A DNA stretch of 63,119 bases, filler included, from Octopus bimaculoides (Eukaryota), in assembly GCF_001194135.2 (NCBI RefSeq). It is 3 parts of 3 records of this genome, joined end to end, with 100 filler letters (N's around TTAATTAATTAA, not from the genome) between each part and the next. Parts side by side here need not be neighbours in the genome. Positions count along the whole stretch, not along the records: positions 10,164 to 33,615 come from NC_068991.1; positions 33,716 to 63,119 come from NC_068990.1; 1 more part is not named here. One strand, written 5' to 3'. Positions 25,040-37,785 of the stretch are shown piece after piece. Below the pieces are notes generated by a model. It had not been told where the DNA came from. It worked only from the letters and a program-made list of their open reading frames with translations, and made no database searches. A program made the translations under genes and the position numbers. The first letter of the stretch is position 1; every line of letters begins with the position of its first letter.

Positions 25040-26629
25040 AGAGAGAGAGAAATGCATATATGTATGTACATGTTTGCCCTTCCTCAGATGTGAAAACCAG
25101 TATTGTGCCAATTTTATGCCAACTATAAGCATTTGATAAATAGCTTACGATCGATAAAATGTGTACTGGGCTGAAATAAGTTTTCCTTTTGTTAGGACTG
25201 GCCGAACTTATTGAAAGAAATGCTGTAACACCAAGTCTGCCCAATGTATAGAAAGAGTTTTAGACCATTACGGATAGGATTTGAGACGATAGAATACAAC
25301 AGTCCAACATTTTTGTTCTAACTCGCTGAAAAAAATGAAAAAATGCACTTGTTTTGTTATGAACCTACATATTATGCTGTTGGTATTCAGCTATCAATCT
25401 TCGAATATTACACATACAACGCAATTCAATGAAGTACATGGTTTGTATAAAATGCAAAAAATTAATGTGGCATAATTTCCTGTAAACTCTTGATTTTTCC
25501 CCTTATAGCTCTGACTCATTGTTTTAATCACGTGATCTTTGATGGATTGTTCTTTACTGCGTCGGTGTACTCTGCACTCTCTGTCTGTTACGTTACTGAC
25601 TGTCATTTTTTACCGCCCAATTCAACAGCCGTGACATTCCAAATCCTGTTAACCGCGGAACGGGTTTGTATTCGATAAACTTTCAACCTATTAACTAGAG
25701 TTCTAAATGAAAGATTACCACAAAACTAAAACAAGCCGAAACTACGCTGTGGGTGAATTTAAAACGATGAATATTATTTAGAATACTGACAAGGACAAAA
25801 TGGTGTTTTATTGTCTTCTTTCCAAAACAACAAGTTAAAGGTTTAGCAAACCAAATATACATTTCCTTAAGATAATAGGTCATCAAAACAACGATGACCA
25901 GCCAGTTTGCAGTGTACCACAATGAAAATGGAAAAAAAAAAAAAAACAGGAACGCGAACAAAACTGTTTCTATTTTCGTGAATTCTAAATGGTTCGACAA
26001 AGTTTCGAAAACGATTCGTAACTCGTAACACTGGTGATGTAGAAAAATGTCCGAATGTAGACGATAGTGTATTAATTAGATACAGAGCTGAATATAATAT
26101 TGAAAAAGATGCCGGTTATGTTGATGACCAGATTATAAATGTCGATGAAATGCCAGTATTTTAGAAATGAATGATTAACAGAATTACTTAACAACGAAAG
26201 AAAATTGGCAGACTGGTTTCAAATGTGATGATTAGAAATTAACACTTCTATGAGATGGAATTGTTGGTGGTGATGTAAAATATAAACCCAAGTTAATCCA
26301 TTAATCAGAAAACCAATATGTTGTGCTTAGCTCTACATGGCATTTACTCTCAATTTATTGGATTTTAGATAAAAAAAATATGACGTCACAAAAAAAAACG
26401 AGGAAATAAAGAACGGACTTTCTAGCCACAAGCGGCCAAATCTTGAAGCAAACAGATTTATGGGTTTATCAAATAAAAAGAAATAAGCATGTTTGTCAAG
26501 CAAGTATTCTGCAAATATAGAAATACATAGACAGAAAGATACAGGTATACACACATACAGGTATATATATATATATATGCACATCTCACTCTCTCTCTTT
26601 CACTATATATGTAGAAAGTAGATCGAGAC

Positions 26630-26800
26630 AAATCCTCTACTCCTAACCTTCCAAGGGAAAAAGAAAGCATAGGAGGCCTAAACTGAGATTCAAAGATTCT
26701 ACAGAATACGAAGTGGAAAGGAATTGATTATAATAAATGGTGAACTCAACTGAAAAGCTGATCAGTATGGAGAAAGCTTATCAAGTCATGCCACAGCCAC
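26630..26800 (+). pseudogene. RTE-clade LINE ORF C-terminal fragment
   Basis: Across frameshifts it reads GKRKHRRPKLRFKDS, then KWKGIDYNKW*TQLKS*SVWRKLI, matching RTE G.R..GRP..RFKD and GID...W...A.DR..WR. Confidence 0.65.
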
Positions 26801-27587
26801 TGACTATAGATAAACTGAATCGAGAATTTTCTGGAATTCCTTACATACGTCTTTCTTTCCGTTTTGTAACCAATGGGCTTTTAATGCTCTTGGATAAACG
26901 CATCCTGTGTCCTCTAGTAATTCTTTATGGGCCTACCTTTGAGTCCGTTAACTGAGAAGGTTGTCAGGAAAGACTCCAGCTTCTAACTTCTACTTGGTAC
27001 GCCAGCAGTGACCAATAACTGACTGTTACCTTGTGCTTTCATTTATACATACTCATATATATGTAGTATATTTGTATATATGTGTTGTTTATATAGATTT
27101 TTTTTTTCATATGTTTATAAATGTATACATGCGAAAATGTATATGTAAATATATGTACATATGTATTTGACAGAATATCTATGTCTCTGTTTTTATCTAT
27201 ATATAACTTTATACATATGTGTGCATAAGCGTATACAAATATATGCATACAGATATATGCTTCAACTTCAATATATTATTTATGTATCCGTGTTTCCACG
27301 TTTATTTATAGATGTATATATATAGTAGTAAATCAACCGTAATCAAATGTGTTGATGTTGAGGTACGAGAAGGAAAGTATATATAAAAAAAAGAAAGATT
27401 TCCATTCAAGTATTCTCTTTCGTAATGCATTTAATTAAAATATACTTCAATTCATTCTGTATGACAGTGTTTAATAAAACAAAGTCATTCGTTTGATGTA
27501 TTAAAATTGCGAGGTAAATCAGCTGGAGAGTCATAAATCAGTGTACCAATACATTATGTAGGCTGTATACACGCATATATATATAAT

Positions 27588-27632
<45 letters not shown>

Positions 27633-29411
27633 TATCCATATCACGTCCTCACTTTGTTGTTTTTTTGTTTTTTTGTTATTGTTTTTTTGAACTATATATA
27701 CATATATATACACAAACACACACATATATATTCACACACACACATATATGCACAAACACAGACGTATATATTTACACACACTCATATATCCAAATATATA
27801 TTTCGTACATTTTTAGATTTTCAATTTTCTTATGGTCGTCAGTGGTTTAATAATTCATACGTTGGTAGTAACTTGCTGTTATATATGGCTGTGTGTGTAT
27901 GTGTGTGTGTACGTGTACGTATGTGTGTGTGTATCATTTACTATTTCGAAATCGATTGATGTATTGATCGATCTATGTATCTAATCTATCTATCTATATT
28001 TGTATCATTTGCATCCCTCCCCCAGCTTCCCTCACACATTCATCACTAGCGAAATCTGTCTCTGTTGATATAAATTCAGGCAAGCAAGTTTTATCTATGT
28101 ATGAGAGTGTATATAAATGTATGTCTATATGTATACAATTGTACATATATACATACATGCATACTTACACTCATATATATGATATGGGTATGCGTGTGTG
28201 TGTGTGCGTATATTTGTGTGTATGCATGTGTGTGTGTGTGCGTATATTTGTGTGTATGCATGTGTGTGTGTGTGCGTGTGTATAACGTGTAGGTTTTCTC
28301 GTGTATGTAGTTGTATTCGTGACATCGATCTGAACTCAACTCCTTTGATGTTTTCATTTTGGGAGAATACAACGCAGAGAATTTTGTTTTGACCATTGTG
28401 TGCCTCTTGTAGCAAAACCCATGAGTCAGAGGTCGAACCGTTTTCTGTTCTGATCTGTTTACATCAGGAGGTATCAAACCCTTTCCCCCAAAGACACACA
28501 CTAACTCTTCAGTGTCGATCACAATCACTCTGTTAACACCAGACTCATGTCTTCAACCAGGTATTGCCTTGCCTTGTTCGATCGGATCATCTGATAACTG
28601 CCTTATCGCGAAAATACATCACATCATTTCATCTTACTAATAAACAGGACACACGAACCCAAACGGATAAATCATTCATTTTATTTAAATCAGTCAACTT
28701 CTGGCCAATTTCGCTGTTCTACGTTGGTTACACACAAGAGAAAAAAGTACAGCCGTGTACTTCATTACAGAGTCACTTGAAAGAAAAGTACGTGAGTGCA
28801 AATGTCATTCTACACAAAAAAGTACATCTAGATGGGAGCCGAACATTCAGGAAATGGCATCCAATTCGTTCGTATTCTAGCGAGATTCTAACGTGGTTAA
28901 AGAGAATGGGGTTTGGTTACTTGAGATTATGTAGAGATATTCACGAGATTAAGAAGAAAAATGACAGGGTAGTAGTGAATGGAGCTCATAGAATGTATGT
29001 CGTGCATTTTAATAGGCAATTTCATAGCATATTATACACACAGAAATAAATATGGTGCACATATATTTACACAGATACGTATGCATTTATACATGTGTGA
29101 GTGTGTTTGTGTGTGTGCATGTTTGTGTGTCTGTGCGCGCGCGCGCGTGTGGGTGTGTGTGTGTGTGTGTGTAAAAAGTAAGAACATAAACGGATTTTAA
29201 AGGTTCACAACAGCTGTTTCAGTAACATTTTTTCTTTTATTGGAGATTACTGCGGATTACATTTATTGACCGATTACTGCGGATTATACATCAAGTAAAA
29301 AATCCGCTTTCATCCGTTGAGTTTAAACTTAGGAAGAAGAAGAAAAAGAAGGTTCCAAGTGACTCGCTGTGTTAAGCGTCGTCAAAGACTCGCCTTGACA
29401 ATGACCCACAA

Positions 29412-29621
29412 AGCGGGTCGCTGGCGGAACCGTCAGCATTCCGGATAAAACACTTAGTGGCATTTCGTCCGTCCTTATATTCTGAGTTCAAATTCCACTC
29501 AGATCGATTTTGTCTTTCAATCTTTCGGGGTTGATAAAATAAGTACCAGTTAAACACTAGGGTGGATGTAATCGCCTTAAACCTTCCCCCAAAATTACTG
29601 GCCTTGTGCTGAAAATTTAAA
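29412..29621 (+). mobile_element. SINE family B copy with (ATC/ATT)n 3' flank
   Basis: GGCATTTCGTCCGTCCTTATATTCTGAGTTCAAATTCC...TAAGTACCAGTT...GGCCTTGTGCTGAAAATTTAAAATC. Confidence 0.85.
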
Positions 29622-29668
29622 ATCATCATCATCATCATCATTATTATCATTATAATCATTATTATTAT

Positions 29669-29995
29669 TTTCATTCTCGACAACTCCTTCTTGAGTTTTC
29701 TCACACCACGCCTTTGTTCTTTCTAGGCCGTCCTTTCCACAGAGCTCTCAATGGATCATTCTTGACGCATTATCATGTCCTTTGTATTCGCGTTGTGCCA
29801 ACTTCTGGCATTCGCTAACGGTGTGCCATACCGTTTCACCCCTCTCACGACACATTCAGCATTTGTCGCCGTCGTTAGTGTCGATTCTGCATTTCACATA
29901 GTCCTTAACGCTTGCTCTTGAAATGCGCATATAAGTTTTTCCATAGCCACCGGTCTTCTGTGTCTATCTTGGTGTTTGTATCTCTTGCAAACTAA
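29669..29995 (-). pseudogene. R4/Dong-clade (restriction-like endonuclease) LINE fragment with CCHC zinc knuckle
   Basis: WLWKKLICAFQEQALRT, then C*MCRERGETVWHTVSECQKLAQREYKGHDNASRMIH*ELCGK...VVENEN. This matches the R4 motifs AAQEQAL.T and CR.C....ET..HI.S.C..LA..EY..RHD. Confidence 0.85.
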
Positions 29996-30179
29996 TCGTA
30001 CATTTTTTTCCTTCCATGTTGTTTCCTTTTTGGGTTCTTTTCCTCTTGAGTTTTTTTCTTTTTAAACAAAATTCTCAGTTTTAATGACCTCGGACTTCTT
30101 CACATCTTTCAATAATAGTTTCACAGCAATATTTTACATACCACCCTAAGCTGTTTTCCTCTGCTTCGATACAATTCTG

Positions 30180-30340
30180 GTAATTATTATTATTATTATT
30201 CAGTAGTTTTATTTTTATAACGTGCTTTCACTTCAGTACCGAGCGCAGCTCTGCGTGCCTTGGGTATGTGCTGTGGTTTGCTGTGGTGCTCTTATGGTTA
30301 CTGTATTGAAAGTGTTTTGCGTAGGATGTGTGCAGCGCCC
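30180..30340 (-). mobile_element. 5'-truncated R4/Dong-type LINE 3' end inside a (TAA)n tract
   Basis: The minus strand reads GAAHILRKTLSIQ* (R4 C-terminus GTA.ILRK.L), then a ~110-nt 3' UTR. (AAT)n lies on both sides on the element's sense strand. Confidence 0.75.
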
Positions 30341-30351
30341 TATTATTATTA

Positions 30352-30404
<53 letters not shown>

Positions 30405-30576
30405 GTAGCGATTACAACAACCTTGATGGCGATACGAGTACGAAGTAGAGTATAGTTCAAATTTCTCGTCCCAGAAATTTTTACAAATATTTGCTAGGGT
30501 GTATATGTCTTTGTGTGTATGTGTATGCGAGAGAGACAGAGAAACAGAGAGATGGAGACACATTCAAACAGAAATG

Positions 30577-30672
<96 letters not shown>
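30577..30672. repeat. (GA)n microsatellite
   Basis: Directly visible. Confidence 0.97.
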
Positions 30673-30673
<1 letters not shown>

Positions 30674-30822
30674 GGGGGGAGAGGGAGAGTCTTAAGTATA
30701 CTTAAGTATAAGAATGCTGGAAGAATAAAACACGAAATGTACAGACATAATATTTCTTAGAGTTGAGAGGACTGTAACTTCGAAGTCACTGTGGCATCTT
30801 CTGTTTGATAAATGTGTGTGTG

Positions 30823-30868
<46 letters not shown>

Positions 30869-32369
30869 CATAGGTGTGTATGTGCGTGTGAAGTAGGCAA
30901 TACTTTTAACGGCAGTGCCCCATTATGGCCGCAGCTCTCGTGTTGGAATAAAAGGCAAATGATTATATTGTAAACTTAGTCAAACATTGAATGAAGGGTC
31001 GTGCAATATGTTCTGGTAACTACATTTATATTTTACAAAATAGTAAATAAATAATTAAATGACTGTAACTTCGCTATTTGCCAGTTATGTCTGTCTGTGT
31101 GTCTGTCTGTCTCTCTCAGTTGGACCACAAGCAGCCAAACATCTAGAGAAGCATCAAACAGTTCCTCATGTAATACTTCTTAATATCCAGTCCGAGCATG
31201 TTGGCCTAAAAACTAAAAAGAAAATAACTGGTGTCGCTTTCACAGCATTAAAGTCACATGACCTGAATTGACCAATAGAGGGCATAACATCTAGAAGCCA
31301 TCTTGATTTTGTCTCAAATTTCTCACTCTTTCCTCAATATCTGATAAAATGGACGCGTCCTACACACATATATAGCTGAGTTAAAAACTATTATTGAAAT
31401 CATATGCAACTCCTATCAAATCTATTGAGAACCACTGTCTTTCGATAACCCTCTCCTCAGCCGTAAACGTATATATTCATACATATGTAAACATATATAT
31501 TTATGTATATATTTATATACATACGTACATACATACATATTTGTACACATATATATACATACAAACATATACAAGAATAAGGGCAGGGAATCGGCAATTA
31601 GTAATAGAATTAATAATTAACAATTTTGCCAAGTAGTTCAGTATGAAAAAACCTTTATCGGTAAAACCATTTATCATCATAAATATACAGGGATTAGCAT
31701 TGAGTTGCTTCTCCAACATACTGAAAATTTAGAAATAGTAGTCAAAGAACTACTGATTCTAAACTACAAATTTTTCTCTAAGCGGATGGCGATATTTATG
31801 GCACACATAGAACAAAAAACCAGAGGGAAAAGCATAAACAAACCTGCCTTTAGTTAATTGGATACAAACATATATATATATATATATATATATATNNNNN
31901 NNNNNNNNNNNNNNNNNNNNNNNNNNNNNNNNNNNNNNNNNNNNNNNNNNNNNNNNNNNNNNNNNNNNNNNNNNNNNNNNNNNNNNNNNNNNNNNNNNNN
32001 NNNNNNNNNNNNNNNNNNNNNNNNNNNNNNNNNNNNNNNNNNNNNNNNNNNNNNNNNNNNNNNNNNNNNNNNNNNNNNNNNNNNNNNNNNNNNNNNNNNN
32101 NNNNNNNNNNNNNNNNNNNNNNNNNNNNNNNNNNNNNNNNNNNNNNNNNNNNNNNNNNNNNNNNNNNNNNNNNNNNNNNNNNNNNNNNNNNNNNNNNNNN
32201 NNNNNNNNNNNNNNNNNNNNNNNNNNNNNNNNNNNNNNNNNNNNNNNNNNNNNNNNNNNNNNNNNNNNNNNNNNNNNNNNNNNNNNNNNNNNNNNNNNNN
32301 NNNNNNNNNNNNNNNNNNNNNNNNNNNNNNNNNNNTATATATATATATATATATATACATAAAGATATG

Positions 32370-32403
<34 letters not shown>

Positions 32404-32467
32404 TATATATCTGTGTCTATATATAGAGAGAGAGAGAGGGAGAGAGCTCGATAAACATATAGCTAGT

Positions 32468-32543
<76 letters not shown>
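32468..32543. repeat. (GTA)n microsatellite
   Basis: Directly visible. Confidence 0.97.
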
Positions 32544-33039
32544 AAAGACATTTTCGGTGCTTTTAATGTGCTCTGAATGTGAGGTCTATTCATTCGACAT
32601 CATAGAAGAAGCAGATTTAATAAGTATTGATAATTTTAAATTGGATATTATAGTTGGGTATGTAGAATTTGGTAGCACAATGCATGAATATCTTCGGACA
32701 CACAGAAGCAGACAATGGTACTTATAATCCCACATCACACACACACGCACTCACACACGCGCACACACACATCTATATGCAGATACACATACACCACACT
32801 GGACAGATATACCCTACAGTTCAAAAGTTTCTTTGCATATGTCATCTATTTTTAGTATAGTACTTTTATGTCGAATTTTTCTACCTTGTCAAAGCTCATT
32901 TTGAACATATAATGATCCATCACAATAGATCTGTTCATTACTCACACAGATACAGACACACACATACACATATTGCCATGCACGCTAATAATAAATACAC
33001 ACACACACACATCTACAAACACATACATATATGCATACA

Positions 33040-33080
<41 letters not shown>

Positions 33081-33131
33081 TTGTTTATAAACTTTTATCT
33101 GTCACTTTCTCTCTCTCTGCATCTATCTATC

Positions 33132-33171
<40 letters not shown>

Positions 33172-33401
33172 GTCTATATATATATATATATATCGATCGC
33201 TCTGTCTATCTATCTATCTATCTACCTACCTATATATATATTTTAAAAATAACGTCGACCACTAACGGGGACAATTAATGCGCTAGAAATAGATCACATG
33301 TTGTGTCTATTAAAACCTAAAAAGTTCTCAACATGAAATATAGCAGCATACCAAAAACGTGAGCGGGCAAGACATTTAAAATCACCTAAAAAATCATTAT
33401 T

Positions 33402-33467
33402 AAACAGGAACCAGGTTTCGGATTTAACAAATTCTTACCATTTGTCTATTCCTCATCAGCCTGATTT
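33402..33467 (-). ncRNA. Candidate minimal type I hammerhead ribozyme
   Basis: Minus strand: aaat-CAGG-CUGAUGA-GGA(atagACAAAUggtaagaAUUUGUtaaa)UCC-GAAA-CC-U-GG-U-U-CCUG-uuu. All catalytic core nucleotides are present. Stem I is CAGG/CCUG, stem II is GGA/UCC plus a distal 6 bp, and stem III is ACCUGGU. Confidence 0.6.
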
Positions 33468-33615
33468 GTAATGTAGCAGCAATTTTCAGAATCGTATACA
33501 TAGTTGCCCACCGCCATGTGTGCGCGTGCATATGGTTCTGCTAATTACAGCTTAATGGTAAAGTTCAAAAGTCTTCGTTTTGGCGCGGTAATTCCAGGAA
33601 TATATCCGCAGAAAC

Positions 33616-33715
33616 NNNNNNNNNNNNNNNNNNNNNNNNNNNNNNNNNNNNNNNNNNNNTTAATTAATTAANNNNNNNNNNNNNNNNNNNNNNNNNNNNN
33701 NNNNNNNNNNNNNNN
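33616..33715. other. Artificial scaffold-join linker: N44-TTAATTAATTAA-N44
   Basis: Identical to 10064-10163. Confidence 0.9.
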
Positions 33716-34339
33716 ATATATATACGTATGTATATAATATGCACACATATTTAAAGGAAAAGAGAGGAGCATAAGAATATAAAATTAAGCAGCATATATT
33801 TGTGTGTGTGTATATATATAAATATATATATATATATAAATATAAATATATATACATGCATACACATATAAATATATATATACACACACACACATACATG
33901 CATACACGGTCACACACAAAACAATCAAACTGTCCATTATAATGTCCATCGGACGGAAGGACAATATGACAACCATTGGTTTTTCTGACTACACACACAC
34001 ATACATACATACACACATACATACGCATACGCTCATACATAATACATAAATAAATACATACATACACCCGTCCATATAAATGCATGTAATATATATATAT
34101 ATATGTACATGCATATGCATATACATCGTGTATGGATGTGTACGTGTGTGAGAGAGTGTGTGTATATGTGCGTGTGTGTGTGTGTGTGTGTGTTTGTGTC
34201 CATTTTCTATCTCTTCCTATCTTTCCAGTTGATAATTCCAGTCAGCTCTGGTCACCAGACTGTCCACCTGTCTCCATTAAAACATGGATTCGTCCGACCA
34301 TTAGTTTTTCTGACATTTTCTTTTTATTGTTATCAGTTT

Positions 34340-34436
34340 TTGGTGTTGGTTTTGTTGTTGTTGTCATTGTTGTTGCTACTGTGGCTGCATTTTTTCTTGT
34401 AGTTGCAATTTGTACTTGTTGTTGTTCTTGCAGTCG

Positions 34437-34472
<36 letters not shown>

Positions 34473-34532
34473 TGGCTGCATATTTTCTTGTTATGACATC
34501 CTTCTATACTGCTACTTCTGGATTATCACTAT

Positions 34533-34570
<38 letters not shown>

Positions 34571-34687
34571 TTACTGTTACTGTTGTTGTTGTTGTTGGTG
34601 TTGCAATTATTATCATTATTATTATTATTGTCCACATTGCCATCTTGATTATTGTCATCAGTATCATGATCATCCTCATTACCGTCG

Positions 34688-34737
<50 letters not shown>

Positions 34738-35580
34738 GTCATCGTCATCGTCATCATTATCATTATCATCATCNNNNNNNNNNNNNNNNNNNNNNNNNNN
34801 NNNNNNNNNNNNNNNNNNNNNNNNNNNNNNNNNNNNNNNNNNNNNNNNNNNNNNNNNNNNNNNNNNNNNNNNNNNNNNNNNNNNNNNNNNNNNNNNNNNN
34901 NNNNNNNNNNNNNNNNNNNNNNNNNNNNNNNNNNNNNNNNNNNNNNNNNNNNNNNNNNNNNNNTCATCATCATTCTCATCATCATCATCATCATCATTCT
35001 CATCATCATCATCATCATCATTTCGTTTTCCATTTAGATTAGAAATGTTGACTTGAATTTTGCGAATTAAGGTCTGGAGTATGAAAGTTGGATGTAGTGG
35101 GGGTTGTTGTTGTTGTTGTGGTGTTGGTGATAGTAGTACTGGTCGGTGTTGTTGTTGTGGTGTTGGTGTTGGATGATGTTAGTGAAGTGGTGTGGCGGAA
35201 GTGCTCATGGTCGATGATGAAAATGTTGGCATTGGGTTTGGTGTTTGAATTATAATAGTGAAGCAGGAACGATTTGTAGAATTAGTTGGTTTGCGGCGGC
35301 TGGGTTGAATGGATGGTGGTGCTGGTGGTAGTGGTGGTGGTGAATTGATAGTGGTTGTTGTAACGGTGGTAAAGGTTACGTTGCACGGATGGAGGTGGTG
35401 GTGTTGGTGGTAGTGATTATGTTGGATGAGCTGTGGTAGTAATGGAGGCATTAGTAGTTGTAATTGTGTTGAATGAATGGATGGATGATGATGGTGAAGG
35501 TGGAGGTGGTGGTGGTGTTGAATGGATGGATGTGGTGGTGGCTATTATGGTCTCGGTAGTCTTAATGCTGTTGCTATTGT
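34340..35580. repeat. Compound trinucleotide microsatellite and low-complexity block (GTT, CTA, ATT, CAT, GGT)
   Basis: Directly visible. It is the source of the poly-C/T/I/M/Q ORFs. Confidence 0.92.
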
Positions 35581-36184
35581 CTGATCCCAAGTCGTTCGTC
35601 ATTGAGAAGACTTACCATCACAGACATTCCTGCTTTGACCATACGTCCAATATATCTCCCCACCTCCAAGATAGCGAGAATATGATCAAGGGTTATTTAG
35701 CTGCTACGTCTAGCAGGTCGAGCGTGCATGTTAACTTCGTAACGTTTGTGATAGAGGTGGAGCAGTTTAGTGACGTTAGTGATGACATTAGAGAATTTTA
35801 TGTTACAGTCTTAGAAGTGATGGTGGTGGTGGTATTGGAGGTAGTGGAGGTGTATGGATGCTGGTGATGACCAGAGGCCTTAGTTTAGCTTTATGTTAGA
35901 CTCTAGAGTACACCTGTGGTCAAAGGAGTTCTAGCCTTGACCATCTCACACACCGTCGGTCATTGCATTCTTGGTTTACATTATCTAAAGGTTTCTTCCT
36001 TTTCGAGAGAGAAGTTTAGCTATTATTTTAGCATGTCGCGCAACCACGTGTTAGGATTATATCGAATAAGGAAATGATGGGATTGAAGATATTCATATTG
36101 ATGTTGATGTTGTTGGTATGGTTGCAGCCGATATTGTTGTTTAAGCCTTGTTAAATTCTGATCAAAATTCTGATCAAAATTCTG

Positions 36185-37785
36185 ATCTTATTTTGGTTTT
36201 TGAAGATTAGTGTTCATTTGCAAGACATTAGGGAATGAGCTGTTATTTCATGCATGTTGTGCAACCACATATGGAGTTCAGATACCTCGTGCTGTTCAAA
36301 AGCATTACAGTCATAACCATTCCGTCTAATCTCTAGTCACAATGTATCTAGGAACATATATTATTCAACGTGTTCTCCTTTTGCAAGATTGGTTAAACAA
36401 CAGCAAAAATAGTTGAAAAAAAAAATCACAAACACAAGAACGATCTTCAAAACAACTTTAACAACACTATTATGAATCAATGAGGAAGCCCCTAACGAAG
36501 TAATTTAGCCAGCAAGGAATAGGGACCAAGTCCCCCCCCACTTCAGTCTCCATATACTATGCCTCCTTCATCATTGGAAATCATGATCCCCCACCGCATG
36601 CCAGAACATGAAGATTCATGATTTTTCTTGAGAAAGACACAGTATTGGCTTCCTGTTGTATATTGCCAGTTTCTTCATAATTTACTCTGCTAGTCTCCTG
36701 CTCTCCCGTGTTTACCTTTAAGGTAAACTCCAGGGAGTAGAGGAACTGGCTCACGTGACATTAGGGCATGTGTCATTTCCAGAGACTGGTCAGTTTCTGT
36801 AACACATGCCTAGGAGTTAGCTTTTCTCCGAGTCCTGTATACTTAACTACAAGACCTGCTCCTACTACTTGCCCCCTAATTAGGACCATTCAGATGTACT
36901 ACAATACCGGGCCAGTGTTGAGCCGGGAGTAGTGGTGACTAAACGGTAAGTCCTTACTCTCCCAAATTCCTGAACTTCTAAGATGGAGCCTTCCTCTAAG
37001 AACCAGTTTAATGTCTTGCTCAAGACACTAAGAACATTCTCAAACTGGAAATTTCTCAAAACAGGAAGATCCTACCGCAAAATGTATCCTAGATACACAA
37101 TGTTTGAATGAAGAACGAGATTGTTATGATTGGAATCTAACTGCCACTCCAACCGTTAATTCTACCAATATCAACAACACTCAATAAATCTAACACTAAC
37201 ACCTCCACTTCTAAACACCTAACAATTAGGAATCTTTAAAACGTTGATTGACAAGCTTCGAACTTCTCTTTCAACTTATATACTATAATCTTGCAAAAAG
37301 AGAACATGTTGAATAACATATGTTTTTAAATACATTGTGACTAGAGATTAGATGGAATGGTCATGATTGTAATGTCTTGGTTATGTGTTCTCGATCAGAA
37401 TGTTATTATTTTGCCATAAGCCTTTCCGTTTTGAGAAAACCCATGTTCAAAAAGGTTCCAGTTGTAACAAACCACCTCATCATACTTTGGTATAATATAG
37501 TCTTAAGGGAATGATTGGGTAGTTGGGGAAATCTAGTAACTATTTCAAGGCAGGTCAAGTGAGGGCTCTTTTATTCCCGCCTTTTAGCTTATATTATGGT
37601 TGTGTATAACCTTAATATCAATTCTGACTAAACAGACATATGATTAAAGACATATCTGTCATAACCATCCCATCTTATTTTGGTTTTTGAAGATTATTGT
37701 TCATTTTCAAGACATTAGGGAATGAGCTGTTATTTCATGCATGTTGTGCAACCTCATATGGAGTTCAGATACCTCGTGCTGTTCA
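36185..37785. repeat. Interspersed-repeat block with a 114-bp direct repeat and an 88-bp inverted repeat
   Basis: 36185-36298 matches 37672-37785 (direct). 36303-36390 matches the reverse complement of 37287-37374. Confidence 0.85.

Noticed and set aside
26381-26388. Isolated CRE palindromes (also at 48108-48115 and 23719-23726)
   Set aside because: Single 8-mers without supporting motifs, and one lies inside a repeat.
28564-29049. 161-aa non-repetitive ORF
   Set aside because: No recognisable motif or splice support. It is compatible with chance in unique AT-rich DNA, and BLASTP or RNA-seq would be needed.
29133-29150. (CG)n run with Z-DNA potential (also at about 41580)
   Set aside because: Short and embedded in TG/CA microsatellites, as expected from slippage variants.
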